Origin: Candidatus Saccharimonadia bacterium
Lineage (GTDB): Bacteria > Patescibacteriota > Saccharimonadia > Saccharimonadales > JALRHH01
DNA: 64,000 nucleotides
Reading direction: 5' to 3'
Assembly (NCBI GenBank): GCA_023253175.1
Contig: JALRHH010000002.1
Span: 192,199-256,198, forward strand
In this document: piece by piece, positions 37,625 through 45,720 of the stretch
How the letters are laid out: the number at the start of each line of letters is the position of its first letter
Numbering within the stretch: the stretch's first letter is position 1
Notes under the pieces: generated by a model
What the model saw: the letters and a program-made list of their open reading frames with translations, nothing else
The model's database searches: none
What the model was told of the DNA's origin: nothing
Program-made: the position numbers and the translations under genes

Positions 37625-40600
37625 GGCGATCTCGATTTCTTGCTGAGTTCAAGTAAGTTAATGCTCTTATTATCGCCCATTGCTCTGAAAAGATCTTGTG
37701 GACAAACATGCCTGCTATTGAAGGTCAAATCAATATGAAGGTGTGGTCCAGTGACTTTACAGCCAACTTGGCCAAGATCGAGTATTCTCTGGCCAGCATT
37801 TACTTTGTCGCCCTTTTTAAACCGTGGGTTTGTGCCATGACCGTAGGCAATGAGAACGCTACCACCTGCGATATTCGATCGTATAATCATTCCCTCTCCC
37901 GCGCCGCAAAGATTTGTTCTTTCAACCGTACCATCAAGCATCGAATACACGGGTGCCTTTAATGGTGGAGAGCTAATATCGACAGCGCCGCCACGGAGAT
38001 ATGGAGATGTAAAAGTCCCGCTTCTCATGCCATGTGCGTCGAGGAAATCACTCTTGTTGCTGTCCCAATACTTTTTATCTACTGGCCAAGCAAATCCGCT
38101 TGAACTTATCTCTGATCCTCCACTGGCACCGTCACCGCCTGCGGCTGCATCGCCTCCACCAGGGACAGTAATAGTTGTGTAGACTGGAGTCTTGGGGTGG
38201 TCTGACCCACTGACTGACTTACCGCCGTAAATAGCCTTGAATTTATCAATAACAACTTCTGGTGTGACATAGAGATAGTCCACACCACCCATGCCATTCT
38301 TTTGGCGACAATCTTTTTCTGGTGCCTCGGTTATCTTCATGAGTTTTTTAGCTGTCACCTTGCAGAAAAAGAGATTCGATTGTTTACCTTCATAGGTTAT
38401 ATTTCCTTTTAGTCGAACACCAGTACCCTCATTAAAGTCACCAGTAAATATAATTGGGACTCCCGGATTCTCTTGTCTGAGTTGTTCAATTTTTGCTACG
38501 TATAGGTCTGCAGACTGCATTCTCCGAAGACTACTCTGATCCATCGTGCCCGCACCACCATCGTCATTGTTTCCAAAGCCATTTGCAGCGCCGTGGGTGT
38601 TCATGAAGATAACTTGCTGTCCTGCTTTTGTCTTCAGGAATACGATTGGCGTTTGGGCGTGTGCATGCTCGATCTTTCCCCCACCTTCTGGACCACAGTC
38701 TGTGTCGAGGTTATTGTATCTTGGGTAGTCAAGAAAACCACTCTCTGCTCTTATGAAGTCAAACTTATTTCTATTCCAGAAAACCGCCTGTGGCACGGCA
38801 CATGGGTTGTCTGCTTTCGTTGGCCAAGAGTCGTAATCCGGTAAGTTCTGCTTAAAGTACCGGAAGTTACTGTCACCACCACGGAGCTCCTGGAACCCGA
38901 CAATATCAAATCCTACATTGCCTTTTGCACCTTTTGCTGTCTTGATGAGATTCACAGCTTTTGACCACTGTGTTGGTCCCCAACCGTTCTTACTTGGGAT
39001 ATTGTAAGTCGCTACCGTAAAGGTGCCACCAACGCCGCTGGAAGTAACGCCGCCACCTGATGATGCATCTTCGATGGCGTTTTCGCCTGCGAGTTCTGGC
39101 GCGTACTTGCCCGCCGTAGCACCCTGAGCCATGGAGTCGAATATGACGCAGTTGTATACGGTTTCAATTGTATCTCCTGCGTCAGGATTGTCCGCGTAAA
39201 GTTTTCCATAGAAGTCCGAGCTACTGGTCATGAGTTCCCAAGTTAACTCAGAAGAATCAATGAGACCGAGTTCGTCGGCATTAGTCATTTTGGGTAAGGA
39301 GTCCTTCTCTATGCTATTCAAGGGGTTGCTATCTGTACATTCGGCTGGTATATCATACATTTTTATGCCACCGAAATTAGCCGCCTCTCTACCAGTTGTT
39401 GTAGCTGCCTTTACCTTTCGGTTTGTCGCAATGCTAAAGGGTGTCTTCCAGACTGAGGAGAATGTGCGCATAAACATGTTAGAACGTGATTGTGTCGCGT
39501 TGGCTGTTATTGCCGAGGCAAGAACAGAATCGGTATTATCAAGACTTAAGTATCTATCAAAAGTTGACATATTCTGTTCTTTGTCTTGCATGTACTGCGC
39601 GATACGAACCTGATTTTCTCGCATTGATGTCTCGGTCGCGAGTGCGCCGCCAGCTAATCGTGATGAGGCTTCGGCTGCTCCTGCCCCACCTTGTATGACC
39701 TGATTCAAGATAACGCCGCCCGGAGAGCTTTCGTCGATTGCGGGAACTGCTCCTGCAAATCGAGCAACCTTCCCAACTGCCCAACCAACAATATCTTCAA
39801 TGTTGTCACTCAGCCCCAGACCCTTTAGTGCTCCATTCACGATTGGTCCGGTAACAGCACCAAGAACAGAATTAAATTTATCCAGCAGCCACCCAGCTCC
39901 TGTGTTGTCAAGGGCTGAGCCAAGTGGCCCCAATACGTAGCCCACTGAGTTCTGCCAAGCACTCTCAAAGGTTTTCGCATTCGTACTTGCTCCGACTTTT
40001 TGTGAGTCACAAAGATAGTGATATTCTTTCTCTGCCTCCGGCTTGTTCTCTTTTAGTTTGAGCATCTCCTGATGCTTGTCGCTACAGTAATCTTCTTTAT
40101 CTTTTGCTGGTGTAAAGCTTTCTGCACTAACAGCTCCTGAATTACTGGAGTTAACGATGACTTTATTCCAGCCCTCACTGGTGCCAGCGTAACTGAATAT
40201 TTGCATGAATTCATTATATTCTTCGGCGCTGAGCTCACCAGTATGATACTGGCTTGCAGGAATAGCAGCGAAGCTCGTGAATGCTGCTATGGCTTGCGCA
40301 TTTCGCATAGAGTAAACACCCTTGGACGCGGCACCGTTCTTTACTTGTTTATCGATATTTGTGAGTGTGTTTATAGTGTCTAGCGCACCAGCAGCACTCG
40401 CAAATTTAGTAACAACGTTATTGAGGATTTTAGACGTAAATCCTTTGCTTTTGCTGTCCCCCTCATCACTATCGCTATCCCCTGATATGTCGTCAGCGGT
40501 TCCTTCTAGGTCGCTATGGTTTGACGGATCATTTGGGTCTGTCGATGAGGAGCACTCGGAGCTTGGTAGAATGGCAAAGAGACATTGAATAAACTTACCA

Positions 40601-41685
40601 CTCTTTGTGCTTTCAGGCATTGATTTCTTTATTGCTTTTGATAACGCGGATACTTTTGCATCGTGCCATTTATCCCGGGTTTTTTCGAAGAAGCGCCAAT
40701 CGCGTATTCCGGTCATATTCTGGATAGCCTTGCGCGTATAATACCGCTTTGCGAATTGCCATGGTTTTGTGTTTTCATTCACAATCTTTTTAATGGCTTT
40801 GCGGCCCTCTTTGTCATTATTCATTACCTGGACATCTACAAAGTCACCGAGTCTGCCATTAAATTTATTAATGTCGAGATTATTATTATCCACCGCATCA
40901 CCTATAGCAGCTTGTTCTGCTGGTGTTAATTCAAACTTTATTTGCTCGTCATTAATAGATACGATGGCGGGTCTGAACTTTATTTGGTTCCCGTCGCGGT
41001 ACGCAGCGCTGGCAAATTTAATGCCATGCTTTTCGAATACTTCTTGTTCAAACTTACTCGCGCGAAGTGTTCTGTACCAGTCTGTTGTGGGGCTATTTGT
41101 ATCGACTCTGTTTGATCTGAAGATCATATTATCTCTGTCTTCAGGTGCAAGACCCGAGTCATCAACCTCCATAAGTCTCAGTGATATATATGCATTGACC
41201 CACTTACTAGAGCGACCTTCCATGTCAACCTGGAATCTTACAAACGTCTTTGCCTCGATATTTTTGAGGAACATGTCGATGTTTAGGGAGCTAAACATGC
41301 CAAAGAGCGCAATTATACTGCCGATCATTCCTCCCCCGGCAATTGCTAAAATGGTTTTTCGCTTCCTTGACGCGTTAGAAAATAAATTTCTTATGTTGCC
41401 TCTTTTTTTGTCCGCGCCGCTGTAAAAACCATCTAGATCAGATTTCTCTTGCTTGTCTGCTGCAGTGGCACCGTTTCCCTGTATTCCTGAAGATTCGACC
41501 TTTTCGATACTTGCACCATCTTCAGGTCTGTAAAAACCTGCATTTTCAGCAATATCATCGGCAGCACCACTATATGCAGCGTCTTCCATCCTGTCCTGTT
41601 CTTCGGGGCTTATGCCAAGCTCCTGAAGAAAATCTGGCTCCATCGAATGTTTTGCAGTTTCGTCTTCGTGTTTTGTAGGTGACAC
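37615..41685 (-). CDS. Giant single-pass membrane protein: acidic N-terminal tail, TM, approx. 750-aa unknown ectodomain, EEP (DNase I-like endo/exonuclease/phosphatase) domain, C-terminal M23/LytM peptidase domain
   Basis: 1356 aa. GTG start at 41685 with AGAGGA upstream. TM at aa 110-135 (TILAIAGGGMIGSIIALFGMF). EEP motifs appear in order at aa approx. 887-1172 (nt 38170-39027): TYNI, GFQE, MNTH, GDFN, SDH. M23 lies at aa approx. 1197-1325 (nt 37711-38097): GDKVNAGQRILDLGQVG..TGPHLHIDL. Confidence 0.75.
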   Translation of the reverse strand: MSPTKHEDETAKHSMEPDFLQELGISPEEQDRMEDAAYSGAADDIAENAGFYRPEDGASIEKVESSGIQGNGATAADKQEKSDLDGFYSGADKKRGNIRNLFSNASRKRKTILAIAGGGMIGSIIALFGMFSSLNIDMFLKNIEAKTFVRFQVDMEGRSSKWVNAYISLRLMEVDDSGLAPEDRDNMIFRSNRVDTNSPTTDWYRTLRASKFEQEVFEKHGIKFASAAYRDGNQIKFRPAIVSINDEQIKFELTPAEQAAIGDAVDNNNLDINKFNGRLGDFVDVQVMNNDKEGRKAIKKIVNENTKPWQFAKRYYTRKAIQNMTGIRDWRFFEKTRDKWHDAKVSALSKAIKKSMPESTKSGKFIQCLFAILPSSECSSSTDPNDPSNHSDLEGTADDISGDSDSDEGDSKSKGFTSKILNNVVTKFASAAGALDTINTLTNIDKQVKNGAASKGVYSMRNAQAIAAFTSFAAIPASQYHTGELSAEEYNEFMQIFSYAGTSEGWNKVIVNSSNSGAVSAESFTPAKDKEDYCSDKHQEMLKLKENKPEAEKEYHYLCDSQKVGASTNAKTFESAWQNSVGYVLGPLGSALDNTGAGWLLDKFNSVLGAVTGPIVNGALKGLGLSDNIEDIVGWAVGKVARFAGAVPAIDESSPGGVILNQVIQGGAGAAEASSRLAGGALATETSMRENQVRIAQYMQDKEQNMSTFDRYLSLDNTDSVLASAITANATQSRSNMFMRTFSSVWKTPFSIATNRKVKAATTTGREAANFGGIKMYDIPAECTDSNPLNSIEKDSLPKMTNADELGLIDSSELTWELMTSSSDFYGKLYADNPDAGDTIETVYNCVIFDSMAQGATAGKYAPELAGENAIEDASSGGGVTSSGVGGTFTVATYNIPSKNGWGPTQWSKAVNLIKTAKGAKGNVGFDIVGFQELRGGDSNFRYFKQNLPDYDSWPTKADNPCAVPQAVFWNRNKFDFIRAESGFLDYPRYNNLDTDCGPEGGGKIEHAHAQTPIVFLKTKAGQQVIFMNTHGAANGFGNNDDGGAGTMDQSSLRRMQSADLYVAKIEQLRQENPGVPIIFTGDFNEGTGVRLKGNITYEGKQSNLFFCKVTAKKLMKITEAPEKDCRQKNGMGGVDYLYVTPEVVIDKFKAIYGGKSVSGSDHPKTPVYTTITVPGGGDAAAGGDGASGGSEISSSGFAWPVDKKYWDSNKSDFLDAHGMRSGTFTSPYLRGGAVDISSPPLKAPVYSMLDGTVERTNLCGAGEGMIIRSNIAGGSVLIAYGHGTNPRFKKGDKVNAGQRILDLGQVGCKVTGPHLHIDLTFNSRHVCPQDLFRAMGDNKSINLLELSKKSRSPCN

Positions 41686-41758
41686 CTAAAAGTCCTCTTA
41701 GTGGATATTATACCTGTTATGGATCTAAAATCAGAATTCTGTGTATATGCTGAGCTAA

Positions 41759-43666
41759 TTAAATTCCTGGCATGAGCCTGTTATTAAGGTCAATTGTCCC
41801 GCCATTACCAGTAAAGCTTCCTTGTTGTTCGATCGCTCTCACTTGGTCTGGATTAGTGGTGATAAGATTTGTCTCTGTTTCACTGGCTGCGATTTGGATA
41901 TGTACATGGTTTTGTCCGGCAAAGAAGAGTCCCTGTCCAACGGGGAACTGGCTCAATCGCTTCTTTTCCTCACTCGTTAGCTTAAATACATCGGACAACA
42001 CATCAACGGCCGCTGGTGATTGCTTAAGGAGTATCTGCATGGAGGCATTGTTTACGATCGCCCTTCCCATACGTGATCCCATAAAGTCTTCCACATCTTG
42101 GGTGATGGTTGTGATGCCAAGATTATACTTACGGGCACGCTTTGCGAGACTAAACAAGAAGTTGGCCGAGTCCTCGTATTTCATGAGCTGCCACGCCTCA
42201 TCAACAATCATGATGCGGCGCTTTTGATCGCTCTTGGTCTTGTTCCAAATAAAGTTCAGTACGATGTACATCGCGACAGGACGAAGTTCGTCCTCGAGGT
42301 CACGAATATTGAATACCACCATAGGGTTGTTAATATCGATGTTACTCTGTTGGCTGAAAATACCTGCGAATGTACCAGTGGTATATTTGCGAAGTCGCTG
42401 CGCTAGCTGAGGACCCGTGCCGCCCATGTGCAGGAGTGTGTCGTACAGGTCGTTAATGGTTGGTGGTGGGCTGCCGTGTGTCAGTGGGTCATTGGTAATG
42501 CCGGCCTTTGCATATGTTTCAATCAGGGCTGCATCAAGGTCTGCTTCCTCGCTTGGGGCGAGTGCAGGCATGCTGGGGCCACCATTGTTGGCCATAGCCG
42601 CCTGGGCACCACCCATCATAAGACGTAGTAGTCCATGCAGTGTTAACAGGTTGCTCGTAAGTGCATTATCGGCCTCTTCGGTATCAACAACCTTTGGTAG
42701 GTCAAACGGATTGATACGGGTTGGAGACGTTAGACTCAGGCGAACGTATGCACCACCAACTGCCTCACACATGCGTTGATATTCGTTCTCTGGGTCAATA
42801 ATAAAGATCTCGGTACCCATCATCATGCTTCGGAGTGCTTCGAGCTTTACAGTAAATGATTTACCAGCACCAGATTTTGCGAATACGACTGAGTTACTGT
42901 TTTCTAGACTAAACCGGTCAAAAATAACCAGTCCAGAGTTATGCATATTGATGCCGTATAAGATGCCGTCGTCTTGTGTCAGGTCAGCGCTCGTGAATGG
43001 GAAGCTCGTACTAAGCGCACCGGTGTTGAAGTTACGCCTAATTTGTAATTGGTCAGTAAGCTGCGGAACTGTGCTATTAAGCGCCTGCTCTTGTTGGCTC
43101 GTTGCTGGCTTAGAGTATACAAGCTGCTGTCCAAGCATTGACTCGACCTTGTGTGCGACATATTCGAGTTCGTCCATACTGCCGCCGTAAATGGTGAAAT
43201 AGAGCCCAAAACGGAAGAAGCGCTCTTCTCCAACCTGAAGCTTATCTCGCATCTCTTCGGCGTCCAGGATGGCGGCTTGCTTTGCGGGATCACGAACACG
43301 GCCTTTTTCAGCATCAATTTGTAATCCAGCCTCAAGCTGCGTCACTTTCTTTCGAAGATTTTCAAGAACTACTTGACTCTCCACTGGATAGATGAACATC
43401 GACATATCCATGACCTCATCAAGGTTAACCATGCTACTGAGCCAGCCGGTGTAGATCTGACGAGGGTATCCGTAAACATAGTAGGTCCGCGCAAAGCGAG
43501 TCCCTAGTTGGAAATGAGTTGAAAAGAATTCAAGTGAACTTGGTGCGATAAAATCACGGAGCGCAGTAATGCCCTTTTGAAAAGCTGCCTGTACTTCTTG
43601 CTGTTCGCGTAGTTGCTGCTGCTGCGCTAGGGCAACCGGGTCAAGTTGCTGCTTCTTTTTAGCCAT
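41759..43666 (-). CDS. virB4: VirB4-family type IV secretion ATPase (C-terminal two-thirds of Gram-positive VirB4/TrsE-type proteins)
   Basis: 635 aa. It has Walker A FAKSGAGKSF, IIDPENEYQRM, Walker B RRIMIVDEAWQLM, and RKYNLGITTITQDVEDF. Confidence 0.9.
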   Translation of the reverse strand: MAKKKQQLDPVALAQQQQLREQQEVQAAFQKGITALRDFIAPSSLEFFSTHFQLGTRFARTYYVYGYPRQIYTGWLSSMVNLDEVMDMSMFIYPVESQVVLENLRKKVTQLEAGLQIDAEKGRVRDPAKQAAILDAEEMRDKLQVGEERFFRFGLYFTIYGGSMDELEYVAHKVESMLGQQLVYSKPATSQQEQALNSTVPQLTDQLQIRRNFNTGALSTSFPFTSADLTQDDGILYGINMHNSGLVIFDRFSLENSNSVVFAKSGAGKSFTVKLEALRSMMMGTEIFIIDPENEYQRMCEAVGGAYVRLSLTSPTRINPFDLPKVVDTEEADNALTSNLLTLHGLLRLMMGGAQAAMANNGGPSMPALAPSEEADLDAALIETYAKAGITNDPLTHGSPPPTINDLYDTLLHMGGTGPQLAQRLRKYTTGTFAGIFSQQSNIDINNPMVVFNIRDLEDELRPVAMYIVLNFIWNKTKSDQKRRIMIVDEAWQLMKYEDSANFLFSLAKRARKYNLGITTITQDVEDFMGSRMGRAIVNNASMQILLKQSPAAVDVLSDVFKLTSEEKKRLSQFPVGQGLFFAGQNHVHIQIAASETETNLITTNPDQVRAIEQQGSFTGNGGTIDLNNRLMPGI

Positions 43667-44598
43667 TACTGAATCTCCCTGTCTAAATTAGGCTGGGGCG
43701 CCATACCTTGGCCTTTGGTAATAACTGGAGCTGTCAAATCATCAAAGTTCTTGAGCTGCTGACGGGTAGCAGTGTCCGGGTTGTAGGTGTCATAGTAAAG
43801 CTCGATAAGTTCCTGTGTATCAAGCGGCAGGCCCTGGATACCACATTGCTGTAATCCCCCAAGCACGGCCTGCACACGGTTGCGGAGCTCGTCCTTAGCC
43901 TTTTCCAAATCAGGTTCGTTGATAACAACATGCTGTTCAGTCTTACTAAACATACTCGTAAGCCCGGTGAAGAAGTTTTTGCTCTCTTTGCCGAGCTGCT
44001 TCATATCTGGCAGCGGGTTAAATGGAATCACGATATAGAACTTTTTGTCCATGAGATTGGTGTGCTGTGCAATATCACTAATGTAATTGATATAATCTTC
44101 CATCAGCAGCGCAAGGAGCATATTGTCATGCTCTGAGCGAATTTTATCTAATCTGTGTATGTACGGTGATATATCAATTTTCTGCGAGCGAATAAAAATC
44201 TGAATATCAAAATACAATGAGTTTAGGAAGCCTTGGTAGCCGTACTCTACACCGTCTCGTTCTTGTGGACTCATAAGGTCAAAGTTAATAGATTTCGTCA
44301 TCACGACACAGCGAAATGTGCCGTCATTCATGATCACGATACCATCACGGATTTCTGCAATCTGTAGTGTGTTTTGTGTGCTGTTTGGGTTGCTCTTTGT
44401 CTTTGGCGCACCGCCGGGCTGTGCCGGACCAGAAACGGTCGGTGCTACCATGCCTACTGGCTGGTGCGGCATACTTGGTTGTGTGTAAGGCTGCGGTTGA
44501 GCCTGAGTGTATGGATTATAGCCCGGATTTTGTTGCACGGGATTTGGCACGCCAGCTCGTTGCGGCGGTGTTTGTGGATATTGTGAATTAGGATCCAT
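43666..44598 (-). CDS. PQ-rich protein whose C-terminal approx. 230 aa resemble the N-terminal domain of Gram-positive VirB4-type ATPases (putative split VirB4 N-domain)
   Basis: 310 aa, no TM. IAEIRDGIVIMNDGTFRCVVMTKSINFDLMSPQERDGVEYGYQGFLNSL...IQIFIRSQKIDISPYI follows the pattern I recall at the N-terminus of approx. 800-aa firmicute VirB4 homologues. Its stop overlaps the virB4 start (TAATG at 43664-43668). Confidence 0.5.
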   Translation of the reverse strand: MDPNSQYPQTPPQRAGVPNPVQQNPGYNPYTQAQPQPYTQPSMPHQPVGMVAPTVSGPAQPGGAPKTKSNPNSTQNTLQIAEIRDGIVIMNDGTFRCVVMTKSINFDLMSPQERDGVEYGYQGFLNSLYFDIQIFIRSQKIDISPYIHRLDKIRSEHDNMLLALLMEDYINYISDIAQHTNLMDKKFYIVIPFNPLPDMKQLGKESKNFFTGLTSMFSKTEQHVVINEPDLEKAKDELRNRVQAVLGGLQQCGIQGLPLDTQELIELYYDTYNPDTATRQQLKNFDDLTAPVITKGQGMAPQPNLDREIQ

Positions 44599-44696
44599 AT
44601 TGATTTAGTTGCCCACCTGCCCCGTAAAGAGGCCTCTTATACCGTTTAAGTATAGCGCAAGCATGGGGTGACTTAAAGTGATTATGAAAAAAATAA

Positions 44697-45686
44697 TTAG
44701 CGCAGACTTACGACGACTTCATTATCATCATTCGGCTTATTGACCTGCCGCGCGATAGTTGCGATGTTTAGATCATTATTCTGAACATACTGCTGCACGA
44801 CCGCAGGGTCAGTATGAGGGGCCACGGGCTGTTGCTGTAGGGGCTTTGTTTGCTGCGATAACGGTGTAATGGACGCCATGTGACCTGTTGCGAGCCTACT
44901 GCTTTCCCGTTGCTGCTTGATCTTTTCGTATACCTGTTCATCTGTTTGGCTTACCGGTTGGCTTGTCGGTACATTTGGGGCAACCGCTGGTTCGACGAAC
45001 CACTGATTCTGAGCAGTGGGTTGCTGTTGAGCTGATTGCTTTTGCTGCATCTGAGCTATGAGTTGCTCCCGGTGGGCTGCCGCTGACTGCGTGACCATTT
45101 GCTGCATGTGCTGCGCCGTAGGGTTGTTCGTGGTGTCCAGTACGTCCTGTATCATCGATGTGTCATAATCTGGTACTTCCTGAACAAGATCTTGTTGGCC
45201 AACAAGACGATCAGAGCTCGCGGCTGCGTAGCTCGGCTGGTTATACATATTTGAACTAACGTTTTTAATCGCCCAGCCACGGCTGTCAATGGTGTTGGCA
45301 AGTGCGTGCAAACGGCTTTTAACCTCTGTCTGGCTAAGGCCGTCGGTCAGAACGCGTTCAATTTTTTTGGGAACAGTAATAGTCACCAATTCCTGAATAC
45401 CGGACTGGTCCCAAATACGCTTGCGCGGCTTTAAAAAGAACTTAATCTTAGCAAGCAGCCAAACTTCTGAAGGTTGGTCATGTACAAATGGTCCTGCTAG
45501 TACTGTAAAGAGGGCCATGTGTGGCAGGAAGATAAATCCAAGCCACCACACGCCATTTGTGGCGAGCATGAACCAGATGAACGCACTCACGAGAACAATT
45601 GCAGCGTATATAGCTTGCCGAGGAGTCATCCATCCAATGATGGTGTCCTCTGCCTCGATATCCTGAATAACTTTATACGTGCCCAT
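44697..45686 (-). CDS. PrgI/VirB3-like membrane protein with long Gln-rich C-terminal extension
   Basis: 329 aa. The N-terminus YKVIQDIEAEDTIIGWMTPRQAIYAAIVLVSAFIWFML plus a second TM matches the PrgI-family pattern (xEDKIxGxLTxRQ followed by 2 TM). The C-terminal approx. 200 aa are Q/P-rich. Confidence 0.55.
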   Translation of the reverse strand: MGTYKVIQDIEAEDTIIGWMTPRQAIYAAIVLVSAFIWFMLATNGVWWLGFIFLPHMALFTVLAGPFVHDQPSEVWLLAKIKFFLKPRKRIWDQSGIQELVTITVPKKIERVLTDGLSQTEVKSRLHALANTIDSRGWAIKNVSSNMYNQPSYAAASSDRLVGQQDLVQEVPDYDTSMIQDVLDTTNNPTAQHMQQMVTQSAAAHREQLIAQMQQKQSAQQQPTAQNQWFVEPAVAPNVPTSQPVSQTDEQVYEKIKQQRESSRLATGHMASITPLSQQTKPLQQQPVAPHTDPAVVQQYVQNNDLNIATIARQVNKPNDDNEVVVSLR

Positions 45687-45720
45687 TAGGCACTAGTATA
45701 GTACATTTCGGAGTCTCTGT

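Noticed and set aside
40769-41425. 218-aa plus-strand ORF, with other 60-127-aa ORFs, antisense to the 1356-aa gene
   Set aside because: It lies entirely within a strongly supported minus-strand CDS, has no SD or promoter, and is Ser/Leu-rich as is typical of antisense frames.
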